Shown: positions 9,233-18,879 of the stretch, one piece after another
Layout: each line of letters opens with the position of its first letter
How positions within the stretch are numbered: position 1 is the stretch's first letter
Assembly: GCA_965215565.1 (NCBI GenBank)
Contig: CBDCDZ010000004.1
Span: forward strand, 768,001 to 832,000
Reading direction: 5' to 3'
DNA length: 64,000 nt
Source: Trueperaceae bacterium
Lineage (GTDB): Bacteria > Deinococcota > Deinococci > Deinococcales > Trueperaceae
Program-made: the position numbers and the translations under genes
Notes under the pieces: generated by a model
What the model saw: the letters and a program-made list of their open reading frames with translations, nothing else
Told to the model about the DNA's origin: nothing
The model's database searches: none

Positions 9233-11311
9233 TTAGTTGCCCGACGCCGCCCCCGAGAGGAGTTCACCTAAGCGGCGCACCGACTCGGCTTGCTGACCCT
9301 CCAAGCCCTCCGCGTACTGCGTGGTCTCTTCGCCCAAGCGGGAGAGGATGTCGGCGGCTTGCGCGCTGCCCGTGCCGAGCGCTGTCCCAAGCTGCTCTAA
9401 AGAGGTCACGATGGGCTGCAAGTCGGGATCGTCTAAGCTGCTGAGGCGCTGCTGCCAGCCCCGGATAACCTCGATAGCGGTGTCCTCGTCTAAGTTCTCC
9501 ACGCCGCCTTCTAAAGCGGAGATCGTCTCGTCTAAGTTCGGCGTGCTCACGGTGGAGTCGCCAGCGGGTGCGTCGATGGCTTCGCCGCCCGTCATGTCGC
9601 CGCCCGTCATGCCACCGCCGGTTACGTTGTCTTGGACGCTGCTCGAGAAGCTGGTGCTGCTCGCCAACATCGAGAGGTCGGTCATGCCCGTCTCGACTTG
9701 CGGCGCGTCGGCTTGCGCCTCACCGCTCACTCCGGCTTGCTCCGCCAAGTTGCCTAGAGCGTAGTTCATCACATGGAAGAGGTAGTTCTGCTCGACGGTG
9801 CCGCGTACTAAGTGCGAACGCGGACCGATGGCGTAAGCGGCGATGTCCGTGCCGTCGTGCGTCTCGCTGCTCAGGGGCACGAGCGCCTGCTGGAAGAAGT
9901 CTTTCGCCTGCGTGTCCGTATCAGACAGGTCGGGGCGTTCGCCGATGACCGCGCCGGGACCATTGAGGTAGCCCAGGGTGGTGTAAGGCTTGCCGTCCGC
10001 GGCGAGGGCGAGTTCGTCCACCGGCTCGCCTTGGTCGTCGAGCCCTCTGACGAGACCTAAAATCGGGTTGCCGCGCTGCGGGTAGCCCGCGATGTCCATC
10101 GTGTGCGCGTGGTCGGCGGTGACGATGATCAGCGTGTTCTCGGTGTCCACCTTGTCCAGTGCCGCCTGCACCGCGTTCGCGAACGCGATGTTGTCGGTCA
10201 GCGTGCGAAAGGCGTTCGTGCCGTGGCTCGCGTGGTCCACGCGCCCCGACTCAACCTGGAGGATGTAGCCCTCTTCGTTCTGCGACAACACGTCGATGGC
10301 TTTAGAGACCATCTCGGAGAGCGCGGGCTCGCCGCCCGTGTCCTCAGCGCGGTCGGCTTCGTACTCCATGTGCGACTGATTGAAAAGCCCTAAAACTGGA
10401 CCGGTGGAAGCTGGGTCGATGGCGTCAAAGTCCTCTTGGTTCCAAACGTAGGTCGCGCCTTCGCGCCCCTGAACCCACTCTTCGGTCAAGTTGCGCCCGT
10501 CGGTACGGCGGCCCGTTTCATCCTCGTCTTCGGGGTCTTGCACGTCTTCGGGGAGGAAGTGGCGGCGTCCGCCACCCATCGCAACCTCTAAGCCGTCGCC
10601 GTAGGGGAAGTCGATGAGCTGCGAGGCGATGTCCGTGCAGCCTCCCTGGACCGCCTCTTCGGGCAGCGCGGAGTTATCTTCCCAGTTGCGGTCGGCGGAG
10701 TGTGCGTAGTTCGCAGCGGGCGTTGCGTGGGTAATGCGGGCGGTGCTGACCGTGCCCGTCGCCATGCCAACTGTCTCCGCGAGTTCGAAGAGCGTAGTAA
10801 GGCGGTTTTCCTGGGCTGAGGCGCAGTCGCCGCGCAGCACGTCCGGGCCGACACCTAAGACGCCCTGCTTCGTCTTGATGCCCGTGCTCCACGCCGTGCC
10901 CGTACCCGCTGAGTCAGGCACTTGCGCGTTGGAGTTGTAGGTCTTGATCAGCGCGACGTTCGGGAAGGTGTCATAAGGGAGGATGTTCTCTTCGCCCTGC
11001 AAGCCCTTCATCTGCCCCGCCAAGATGCGCGTCGCCGTGACCGTCGTAGGCCCGGCACCGTCCGCGACGAAGATGATGACGTTTTGCGCCTCGTTATTAT
11101 TGGGCTGCACCTCCAACATCTGCTCCAGAGTCTGCTGACCTAGCGCGTAGTACGGGTCGCTCGTCTGTGACATGGAGAGGTCGGCTGAGCCCCCCGTTTC
11201 CATGCCTCCTGTTATTGCGCCGCCTGTCGCGCCACCCGTCTGCGCGAAGCCTACGCCTGTGAGCGCCGCGCCGCTGAGCGCCACGTAACCAAGAAGTCGT
11301 CCTAGTCGCAT
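9233..11311 (-). CDS. phoA: Alkaline phosphatase (PhoA-type, Zn/Mg) with a C-terminal extension
   Basis: NVIIFVADG, VPDSAGT (catalytic Ser), THATPA, VESGRVDHASH, VTADHAH, ETH. Signal peptide. ATG 11311 with GAGGA RBS. Confidence 0.9.
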   Translation of the reverse strand: MRLGRLLGYVALSGAALTGVGFAQTGGATGGAITGGMETGGSADLSMSQTSDPYYALGQQTLEQMLEVQPNNNEAQNVIIFVADGAGPTTVTATRILAGQMKGLQGEENILPYDTFPNVALIKTYNSNAQVPDSAGTGTAWSTGIKTKQGVLGVGPDVLRGDCASAQENRLTTLFELAETVGMATGTVSTARITHATPAANYAHSADRNWEDNSALPEEAVQGGCTDIASQLIDFPYGDGLEVAMGGGRRHFLPEDVQDPEDEDETGRRTDGRNLTEEWVQGREGATYVWNQEDFDAIDPASTGPVLGLFNQSHMEYEADRAEDTGGEPALSEMVSKAIDVLSQNEEGYILQVESGRVDHASHGTNAFRTLTDNIAFANAVQAALDKVDTENTLIIVTADHAHTMDIAGYPQRGNPILGLVRGLDDQGEPVDELALAADGKPYTTLGYLNGPGAVIGERPDLSDTDTQAKDFFQQALVPLSSETHDGTDIAAYAIGPRSHLVRGTVEQNYLFHVMNYALGNLAEQAGVSGEAQADAPQVETGMTDLSMLASSTSFSSSVQDNVTGGGMTGGDMTGGEAIDAPAGDSTVSTPNLDETISALEGGVENLDEDTAIEVIRGWQQRLSSLDDPDLQPIVTSLEQLGTALGTGSAQAADILSRLGEETTQYAEGLEGQQAESVRRLGELLSGAASGN

Positions 11312-11404
11312 ATTTCCTCCTCTGAGGTCACAGTCACGAATCCGTCCGCGAGTCACGCCGCCGATACCGTTATGAAAAACCTCACGAGCAACTTAGCGTA
11401 GCAA

Positions 11405-11451
11405 TGTCATGGCTTTGTAAAACAGTAAGATATTTGGTGAGATGCTGTGAA
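11405..11451 (-). promoter_or_regulatory. Possible PhoB/PhoP-type direct repeats
   Basis: Minus-strand TTCACA, CTCACC, TTTACA, ATGACA at roughly 10-11-bp multiples upstream of the phosphatase. Confidence 0.35.
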
Positions 11452-11469
11452 GTGCTTAGTGGGGAAGAT

Positions 11470-11540
11470 AGCGATGAGCAATGAGCGACGAGCAATGAGT
11501 AGAAAGGCTCTAGTCTTCTCTTATTGCTTATCGCTTGCTT
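11470..11540. repeat. Inverted GAGCAAT heptamer array, copy 1
   Basis: Tandem GAGCAAT/GAGCGAC units followed by inverted ATTGCTT units. Related arrays at 24091-24189 and 33497-33614. Confidence 0.7.
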
Positions 11541-11587
11541 TTGATACCGTTTCTGTCCCAATAAGAACTACCCCGAGTGTAAGGAGT

Positions 11588-11628
11588 AGAAAAGAGTACG
11601 GATTTCGCTGATAGCGAAATCCGTACTC
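11588..11628 (-). terminator. Intrinsic terminator of valS
   Basis: Perfect 16-bp stem GAGTACGGATTTCGCT/AGCGAAATCCGTACTC followed by TTTTCT on the minus strand. Confidence 0.8.
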
Positions 11629-11656
11629 GAGATTGTCAGCGGCGCGGAAGGATGCC

Positions 11657-14293
11657 CTATTCGAGTTGCGCCAGACTTCCTTTCACGCCTTCGATGAGCG
11701 ACTTCGCCTCCTCTAAACGCCTGCGCTCCTCCGCCACCACCTCATCAGGTGCGTTCTCGACGAACTTCGCGTTGCTGAGTTTCTTCTCGCTCTTCTGGGC
11801 GTTCTTCTCCAACTCAGCTAGGCGCTTCTCCTGGCGCTGCCGCCACTCGTCCACGTCCACGAGCCCTTCGAAGGGAAGTTTTAGCTCAATTCCCGGTACG
11901 ACCTGCGACAAGGATGCGCCCTCCGGCTGGGTCTCTAGGAGCGTCGCCCGCGCCAAACTCTCCACCACCTCTTTATTCGCGTAGAGTACACCTGCCGCGT
12001 CCCCTTCGGCAAAGAGGTTGATCCTCTGCGTCGGGTTGAGGTTCGCCTCGGCGCGGAGGTTGCGCGCCGCCGTGACCGCGTTTTGCAGGTGCGTGAAGTC
12101 GCGCTCGGCGTCTCTATCTAAGCGCGTTTCATCGAAGGTGGGATACTCGGCGTAACCGAGTTGCTCTTCATAGCCTAACGCCTCGTAAAGCTCAGAGGTG
12201 ATGAAGGGGACGATGGGGTGTAAAAGCTCGAGGATGGCGGTGAAGACGTGGCGCAAGACCTCTTTGGTTTGCGCGTCTCCCGCGTAGAGCTGCGGCTTCG
12301 CCGCCTCCAAATACCAGTCGCAGAACTCGGACCAGACGAAGTCGTAAAGCGCGCGGTTCGCGCCGCCCAGGTCATAGGCCTCCAACCTCTCCGTCGCCTC
12401 TCTCGTAGCGCGTTGCAGGCGGCTTAAAATCCAAGCGTCGGCGAGGGTATTCGGTTTCACCTCAACATCGTTCGTCGATGACGAGATGCCACCTCCAAGA
12501 TTCATAAACGTAAACCGCGCCGCGTTCCACAGCTTGTTGTTGAAGTTGCGCCCCATCTCCACGCGGCGCGCGTCCCAGCGGATGTCTTGCCCGCCCGTCG
12601 AAGCGTAGCTCGTCGCGAAACGCAGCGCGTCCGCGCCGAACTGCTCGATGACCTCTAAGGGGTCGATGCCGTTGCCCTTCGACTTGGACATCTTCTGACC
12701 CTGCTCGTCCAAAACGAGCCCGTGCAAAAAGACGTGCTTGAAGGGCGCTCGGTCCGTAAACTGATAGCCCGCCATCTCCATGCGCGCCACCCATAAGAAG
12801 AGGATGTCGTAGCCCGTGACTAAGACCGAAGTCGGGTAGAACTTCTCGTAAAAAGGCGCGTCTGTGTCGGGCCAGCCGAGCGTCGAGAAGGGCCAAAGGT
12901 TACTGGAGAACCAGGTGTCGAACACGTCGGGGTCTTGGATCAAAGCGGCGTCTGTTTTTTCTGTCGGGTCGGTGTAGGGATCGTCCGCGCTAGGCACGTA
13001 GACGTTACCCTCGTCGTCGTACCAGGCTGGAATTTGATGACCCCACCAGAGCTGGCGCGAGATATTCCAGTCGCGCAGGTTCTCCAACCAATCCCTATTC
13101 ACCTTCGCGTAGCGCTCGGGAAAAATGCGGATGTCGCCTTCGTCAAGTCCGCGGAGCACCCGCTTGGCAACCTCTTCCGTTCTATAGAACCACTGTTTGG
13201 ACAAGAGAGGTTCGACGGGCTCGCCCGTGCGCTGAGAGAGCCCCAACGCCACCGTGTAGTCGCGCTGCTCGAGTAAGTCACCATTCTCTTCTAGTGCCCG
13301 CACCACCTCTTTCCTCGCCTCGAAACGGTCTAGCCCGCGAAAGGTCTTGGGCACGAGGTCGCCGAAGAGCTTGGCGTCTAGGTCGATGACGCTGGGACGC
13401 TCTAAGTTGTGCCTCTCCCCTATCTCAAAATCGGTGGGGTCGTGCGCCGGGGTGATTTTGAGCGCCCCTGTCCCAAAGTCCATCTCGACGGCTTCGTCGG
13501 TGATGATGGGCACCCAGCGCTCGGTGAGGGGGATGCGCGCCTTCGTACCAATTGAAGAGGTAAAGCGCTCGTCGTCGGGGTGCACGGCAATCGCTTGGTC
13601 CGCAAAGATGGTTTCGGGGCGCACGGTGGCGATGTGGATAGCGCCGCCACCCTCCAGTTCATACGCCAGCGTGTAGAGCTTCCCCTGGCGCTCCTCGCGG
13701 TCCACCTCTAGTTCCGAGAGCGTCGTCTGGCTCGCCGGGTCCCAGTTGACGATGCGTTCGCCCCGGTAGACGAGCCTCTGATGGTAGAGGTCCACGAACT
13801 GCTTGCGCACCGCGCGCGACAGCCCCTCGTCCATCGTGAAGCGCGTGCGCGTCCAGTCCGCCGAAACCCCTAAGCGCTGAAGCTGTCCTAAGATAATGCC
13901 GCCGTAGCGCTCTTTCCATTCCCACACGCGCTCTAAAAACTGGTCCCGTCCGAGATCATATTTAGTCTTGCCCTCTTCACGGAGCGCGCGCTCGACTTGC
14001 ACCTGCGTCGAAATACCTGCGTGGTCGGTGCCGGGCTGAAATAGCGCTTCAAAACCCTGCATCCGCTTAAAGCGAATCAGCGTGTCGATAATTGTGTTGT
14101 CGAAGGCGTGACCTAAGTGCAGGTTGCCCGTGACGTTGGGCGGCGGGATGACGATGCAAAAGGGTTCTTTATCTGAGGTTGCGTCGGCGGTGAAGGGCTC
14201 TTCAGCCCAGCGCTCGACCCACTTCTGTTCGACGTCAAAGGGGTTGTACTGTTTGGCAAGCTCCGGCTGCGGTGTGCTCAAGGTATCACTCAT
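11657..14293 (-). CDS. valS: Valine--tRNA ligase
   Basis: PPPNVTGNLHLGH (HIGH), KMSKS, DWNISRQLWWGH, C-terminal coiled coil. Confidence 0.98.
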   Translation of the reverse strand: MSDTLSTPQPELAKQYNPFDVEQKWVERWAEEPFTADATSDKEPFCIVIPPPNVTGNLHLGHAFDNTIIDTLIRFKRMQGFEALFQPGTDHAGISTQVQVERALREEGKTKYDLGRDQFLERVWEWKERYGGIILGQLQRLGVSADWTRTRFTMDEGLSRAVRKQFVDLYHQRLVYRGERIVNWDPASQTTLSELEVDREERQGKLYTLAYELEGGGAIHIATVRPETIFADQAIAVHPDDERFTSSIGTKARIPLTERWVPIITDEAVEMDFGTGALKITPAHDPTDFEIGERHNLERPSVIDLDAKLFGDLVPKTFRGLDRFEARKEVVRALEENGDLLEQRDYTVALGLSQRTGEPVEPLLSKQWFYRTEEVAKRVLRGLDEGDIRIFPERYAKVNRDWLENLRDWNISRQLWWGHQIPAWYDDEGNVYVPSADDPYTDPTEKTDAALIQDPDVFDTWFSSNLWPFSTLGWPDTDAPFYEKFYPTSVLVTGYDILFLWVARMEMAGYQFTDRAPFKHVFLHGLVLDEQGQKMSKSKGNGIDPLEVIEQFGADALRFATSYASTGGQDIRWDARRVEMGRNFNNKLWNAARFTFMNLGGGISSSTNDVEVKPNTLADAWILSRLQRATREATERLEAYDLGGANRALYDFVWSEFCDWYLEAAKPQLYAGDAQTKEVLRHVFTAILELLHPIVPFITSELYEALGYEEQLGYAEYPTFDETRLDRDAERDFTHLQNAVTAARNLRAEANLNPTQRINLFAEGDAAGVLYANKEVVESLARATLLETQPEGASLSQVVPGIELKLPFEGLVDVDEWRQRQEKRLAELEKNAQKSEKKLSNAKFVENAPDEVVAEERRRLEEAKSLIEGVKGSLAQLE

Positions 14294-14310
14294 GTAGGGT
14301 CTCCTTTTTC

Positions 14311-14453
14311 TAGCAGGTCTCAGGCAAAGCCTAGCGGGATTTCATCTGGTTTGAAACACTCTCACCTCATTAGAACATCGCGCAGCACGCACATTCTGAA
14401 ATGAGGTTCCGTTAAGCTGCGCTCATCTGTCTCAGTATGTTTTGGAACTGCTA
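14311..14453 (-). repeat. TAGCAG...TGCTA element, copy B, overlapping the methyltransferase 3' end
   Basis: TAGCAGGTCTCAGGC...GTCTCAGTATGTTTTGGAACTGCTA, flanked by TC on both sides. Confidence 0.8.
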
Positions 14454-15184
14454 TCAGTGTCGAGTTCAGCGACGAGAATGGCTCGAGGGCTGTCCAGCGT
14501 ATAGGGGCTGCGCTCGAGCGAACCGAAACACCCCGTAATGCGCAGCCCCGCTCGTTCGAAAAGATTGACGAGTTCTCGCATGGTGTAGTGACGGCGCTTA
14601 AAGGTGTGCGTCTGGACCTGCCCGTCAGGGAAAATATAGTGTTCGGTGTGGTGCTGATCACCCGTGTGAACGTCGAAGCGTGATTCGCGTAGGAGCCAAG
14701 GCAAGTCGTCCGAAGGGCGCTGCCAGCTCTGAGAGACGCCACCTTTAGCCACCCGTTCACGGTTCGTCGTGTCGAACAGAAAGCGCCCGCCCGGTTGGAG
14801 CGAAGTTGCAACGCCGCGCAAAATGCTCAGATGCGTTTCGTCGTCCCAGGCGAAGAGCGTGTTGTAGAGGCAGTAAGCTGCGTCGAATGCTGAGTCGAAA
14901 GATAAGGTCCTAGCATCTTTTTCTACTAAGGTGGCGTCAAAAGACGCCAAACGCTCCGCCGCCCGTTCCAAAAACTCCACTTGCGCGTCCACCCCGACGA
15001 GCGGTCCGAAGCCGCGCCGCGCCAGTTCTGCAAGGTGCACGCCCCAACCACATCCGAGGTCTAAAACGCGCTGACCCGTCGAGAGGTCTAGGGCAGAAAC
15101 GAGCCCGTCCACCTCTTTTTGGGTGCGCGCGTCGGACTGGCGCACCTCATGAAACTTTCTGTAAAGCTCACCGAATTCATCCAT
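14432..15184 (-). CDS. Class I SAM-dependent methyltransferase
   Basis: VLDLGCGWG motif I, VGVD, FDAAYC, LQPGGRFLFD. Confidence 0.9.
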   Translation of the reverse strand: MDEFGELYRKFHEVRQSDARTQKEVDGLVSALDLSTGQRVLDLGCGWGVHLAELARRGFGPLVGVDAQVEFLERAAERLASFDATLVEKDARTLSFDSAFDAAYCLYNTLFAWDDETHLSILRGVATSLQPGGRFLFDTTNRERVAKGGVSQSWQRPSDDLPWLLRESRFDVHTGDQHHTEHYIFPDGQVQTHTFKRRHYTMRELVNLFERAGLRITGCFGSLERSPYTLDSPRAILVAELDTDSSSKTY

Positions 15185-15535
15185 AAAAACACCTCCTCCA
15201 CATGACGTTTATTCAACGTCTGCGGACGAGGCTCTTCCCCGCGTTACCACCGCAGTTCCCTACCTTGGTAGATAGAGCACTTCATTGCGTCGCGGCTGAC
15301 GGGGCGACTCGAACACAGCGACAAGGTCTGTATTCGCCGGAGGGTCTAGTCGGTTGGGGCTATTGGCCTTCAAAAGCTGGCAAACCTCTCAACCTTTCTT
15401 CCTCAACAGGTGGCATCTTTTGATGGATGATACCCTTCTAGGCGACCTTCACTCGCGGCACTCCGCTCGGACTTTCAGCGCACCGTCCGGGCTCTCTTAT
15501 GAAGCGAGAAGCGAGCTACTCCTCCTACTTAGAGT
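15185..15535 (-). ncRNA. Valine T-box riboswitch leader
   Basis: Minus strand: GGAGGAGTAG, AGAGAG box, GCTGAAAG, specifier GAAGG-GTA-TC (15431-15433, Val codon), T-box AACTGCGGTGGTAACGCG...CTCGTCCGCAG. Confidence 0.9.
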
Positions 15536-15652
15536 GTAGCAAAGCGCGAGGTAAGACGCAAAGAGGTCAAAGAACAGTGGCGAGGTTTTCAGTGGAAGAA
15601 GACCGAGGAATGAAAGTATCAAAGTCGTTTCTCAAAACCTCTTCTTCTAACT

Positions 15653-16651
15653 TCAAGGACCTTCGCCGCCCGTCTCTCCTACACTTACAGACGGGTCCAG
15701 ATACTCGTTGCTGAAAAATGTGTCCGCCGGGAGGTCCGTTTGGGCGCGCCCGACCTCTTGTAAAAAGGTGAGTGCGTCGTCCCAGCGCGCCGGGTCAGTG
15801 GAGCCTACGCCGTTGGCCTCGCTGTAGGGCGAGGTCAAGAGGGGCAGCGTCGCCTCTAAAACCGCCAAGCGGTCCTCGTCCAAGTTCTCGACGTATTCCC
15901 TCGACGCCTCGAACGCCCGCCTCGGCTCCTCCAAAGTCAGCGCAAGACCTCTTTGCGACGCGCTTAAAAAACGCCGCACCAGGTCTTCGTCCTCCAAAAC
16001 CGCTTCCGTCGTGACGACGCCCGCACCGGGTGCGGGGTTGTAGTCACCGGCGGGGATGACGTTCACCTCGACGCCGCGCTGCGCCAAGACTAGGGGTTCG
16101 TTGTTGATAAAACCCATCGCCACGTCTACGCGCCCGCCGAGTAAAGCTTCCAACTGCGTGAAGCCGATCTGCTCTACGGTGAGGTCGTCTTCCGTCAAAT
16201 CTGCTGCTTGCAACACCCCTTGAAACGAGGTGTACGACGAGCCGAAGAGCCCCGGCAGTCCTACCGTCTTACCTGCTAAGTCCTCAATTTCAGTAATGTT
16301 CGCTTCCGGCAGCGAAAAGAGCGCGCTCGGCACGCGCTGGAAGAGCGCCATGAGGTAGACGAAGCGCGTGCCCTCCGGGTCTTGAGCACGTAAGCTGATC
16401 ACGTCCTCGGCGTCGCCTACGACGAAGTCGAGCCTGCCTTGGGCTAAGAGCGGGTAGAGTTCGCTGACGAAACCGTGCTGGAACTCCACCTCTAAACCTT
16501 GTTCTTCATAAAAGCCCGCTACCGCAGCCGCATAGAAGGGCGCGAACTGCACGTCGGGCAAGTAGCCGAGCCCTACGCGGACGCTCTGGGCGTTCGCGGA
16601 GAGAGTCAACAGAAATAGCGTCAAAACTGTGTAGCGTAAAAGCGTAGTCAT
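15653..16651 (-). CDS. NMT1/THI5-like ABC substrate-binding protein (RibY/ThiY-like)
   Basis: GLGYLPDVQFAPFYAA...GFYEEQGLEV, DLAGKTVGLPG, signal peptide. Confidence 0.85.
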   Translation of the reverse strand: MTTLLRYTVLTLFLLTLSANAQSVRVGLGYLPDVQFAPFYAAAVAGFYEEQGLEVEFQHGFVSELYPLLAQGRLDFVVGDAEDVISLRAQDPEGTRFVYLMALFQRVPSALFSLPEANITEIEDLAGKTVGLPGLFGSSYTSFQGVLQAADLTEDDLTVEQIGFTQLEALLGGRVDVAMGFINNEPLVLAQRGVEVNVIPAGDYNPAPGAGVVTTEAVLEDEDLVRRFLSASQRGLALTLEEPRRAFEASREYVENLDEDRLAVLEATLPLLTSPYSEANGVGSTDPARWDDALTFLQEVGRAQTDLPADTFFSNEYLDPSVSVGETGGEGP

Positions 16652-16786
16652 CGGAACGGACACACCTCCAGAATGAAAGCTTAGAAGAAAGCCAAGCTGT
16701 ACGATACCGAATGCGTTAGAAGAAACCGTGAGCAGCGCGACAAGACATGTTCATCGGCGCTTCAGGTTTCTTAGCTCCTCAGACTT

Positions 16787-18304
16787 TTACCTGCGGCGGT
16801 AGCTCAGCGCCCACTTCTCAAGAAGTCCAACTGCGCCGTAAAGCAGCAAGCCTAATGCGACGTTCACGCCGACGGCGGCAACCGCGTTCGCCACGCGAAA
16901 ATTGAGCCGCTCACTGTTGGCGAACGCGCCTAAACCGGGTCCGCCGAAGACGAACTCGCCCACCACCGTGCCGATGAGTGCCAGTGTCACGGTGAGGCGC
17001 AAACCGCCCAACACGACGGGGAGCGCGCCGGGCAGCTCGAGCCGTGAAAAGTTCCCCCACGCCGTTGCGCCGATTGTCCTAAAGACCTCCCTATAAACCC
17101 GCCCGACTTCGCGCACGCCCACCACCGTCGAGACGAGCACCGGGAAAACCGAGATGAGCGAGGTCACGGTGAGCTTCGCACTCAAGCCGTAGCCGAGCCA
17201 GAGGACTAAAAGCGGCGCGATGATCACGGTGGGTACGGCTTGAAGCGCGACGATGAAGGGAGACAAAAGGCGCTCTAAAGGTTTCGAGCGTCCCATAAGG
17301 TAGCCTAGCGGCACACCCAGCCCAAGCGCCACGAATACGCCGAGTAAAGTGACGCGCAAGGTGGCGAGCGTGTGACCTGTGAGCACAGCGGCGTTGTCTA
17401 GGAGCGCGCGCCCTACGGTGAGCGGCGAGGGCAAGAAAAGCGGCGACACGCGGCTTGCGAGCGCACTCCAGCCCGCTAAGAAGAGGACCAAGAGCGCCGC
17501 CGCGCCGAGGAGTTCCCAGGGGGCACGCGCCGGCGTGCGCGCCCGACGAAGCTCCGTCGAATCGGCGACGCCCAAGCGGGCGCGCAGGTCCGCCTCGAGC
17601 CCTGCCTCATACGCCGTGATGCGCCCCTCGCTACGGGCGTCCAGCACTGTTTCGATGCGCCCGTCTTTTAAGACCACTACGCGGTCCGCCATGTAGACCG
17701 CCTCGCGGATACTGTGCGTGACGAAGAGAACGGTCTTCTGCGTCTTCTGGTGGAGGCGTTTGAGTTCTAAGTTGAAGCGTTCGCGCACGAGCGCGTCCAG
17801 AGCGGCGAAGGGCTCGTCCATGAGCAGCACTTCGGCGTCCTGGGCGAGCGCCCTGGCGATGGCGACGCGCGCCTGCATCCCGCCTGAAAGCTGATGCGGG
17901 TAGCGCGCGGCGTGCTCTTGCATCCCCACCTGCTTTAAGACCTCGTCCGCGTCCTCGCCGCGCCCGGTGAGGTCACGGGGCAACGAGACGTTGCGCCGCA
18001 CCGTGCGCCAGGGCAAAAGGCGATAATCTTGGAACACGACAGCGGGACCGCCCCGGACCTCTACCTCGCCCCTGTCCGCTTTGAGAAGCCCTGCAATCAC
18101 GCGCAAAAGTGTACTCTTGCCGCCGCCTGACGGACCGATGAGCGCCACGAACTCGCCGCGCTTAACCTCCAAGTCCACGCTCTGCAACACCGGATTGTCC
18201 TGAAAGGTGACGCACACACCCTCTAAACGGATAACGGGCGGCGCGGATTCAGCAGTAGGCTCGGACGGACGAGATGGCAGAGAGAGACTCACGACCTCCA
18301 GCAT
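16787..18304 (-). CDS. Fused NitT/TauT-family ABC ATPase-permease
   Basis: GPSGGGKST, LSGGMQAR, LLMDEPF, VTH, then a BPD-type permease (LPSP, QAVPTVIIAPL, ELPGALP, GTVVGEF) in one frame. Confidence 0.85.
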   Translation of the reverse strand: MLEVVSLSLPSRPSEPTAESAPPVIRLEGVCVTFQDNPVLQSVDLEVKRGEFVALIGPSGGGKSTLLRVIAGLLKADRGEVEVRGGPAVVFQDYRLLPWRTVRRNVSLPRDLTGRGEDADEVLKQVGMQEHAARYPHQLSGGMQARVAIARALAQDAEVLLMDEPFAALDALVRERFNLELKRLHQKTQKTVLFVTHSIREAVYMADRVVVLKDGRIETVLDARSEGRITAYEAGLEADLRARLGVADSTELRRARTPARAPWELLGAAALLVLFLAGWSALASRVSPLFLPSPLTVGRALLDNAAVLTGHTLATLRVTLLGVFVALGLGVPLGYLMGRSKPLERLLSPFIVALQAVPTVIIAPLLVLWLGYGLSAKLTVTSLISVFPVLVSTVVGVREVGRVYREVFRTIGATAWGNFSRLELPGALPVVLGGLRLTVTLALIGTVVGEFVFGGPGLGAFANSERLNFRVANAVAAVGVNVALGLLLYGAVGLLEKWALSYRRR

Positions 18305-18396
18305 AACGTTACCGCACTTAGGAACGGGTTATCTCGAGGCGTATGGGTGCCACCGGTCTCCTTTCGCCACCTTCTCCCTAAATCTCTTTTCTTCTC

Positions 18397-18879
18397 TTAG
18401 TTCTCTCTAGGAGCGTGCGTCACCTCAGTTAGCGTCTGCGTGAGCGTCCGTAAAAACAAGAGCACCGCTCCACGTTCAGCGTCGCTCATGGCGTCGGTCT
18501 CGCGCTTGACCGTCTCCAAGATGGTATAGAACTCCCCCACTGCCTGCTCCGACTGTGGCACGTAGTGAATCATGATGCTGCGCCGGTCCGTGGGGTGCGG
18601 CTCACGCCGGACGAACCCGTGCGCCTCCAAGCGGTCTACGAGCGTCGTCATCGCGCCCGAGGTCAAGCTAACACGCTTTCTAAGCTCGCCTAAAACGAGC
18701 GGACCGTCAAGCCGCAAGTGTTGCATCGCCACCATCTCCGACGGGTTGAGCTTGGTGTCACTCGCGATTTTGGTGCTCATAGAGAGTATTGCCGCACTAA
18801 GACGCATGAAGGCTTCTTGAACTGGCTCGAGCCTAAAGTTTGATTCTCTAGTATCTTGATTTTCGTTCTTCTTTACCAT
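18397..18879 (-). CDS. MarR-family transcriptional regulator
   Basis: LTSGAMTTLVDRLEAHGFVRREPHPTDRRS. Confidence 0.9.
   Translation of the reverse strand: MVKKNENQDTRESNFRLEPVQEAFMRLSAAILSMSTKIASDTKLNPSEMVAMQHLRLDGPLVLGELRKRVSLTSGAMTTLVDRLEAHGFVRREPHPTDRRSIMIHYVPQSEQAVGEFYTILETVKRETDAMSDAERGAVLLFLRTLTQTLTEVTHAPREN

Noticed and set aside
14293..14455. Ancestral in-frame methyltransferase-ValS fusion
   Set aside because: It arises only if TA is taken as the duplication. The nested copy shows the element includes TAGC...GCTA, giving an ATGA overlap instead, and valS has its own AAGGAG RBS.
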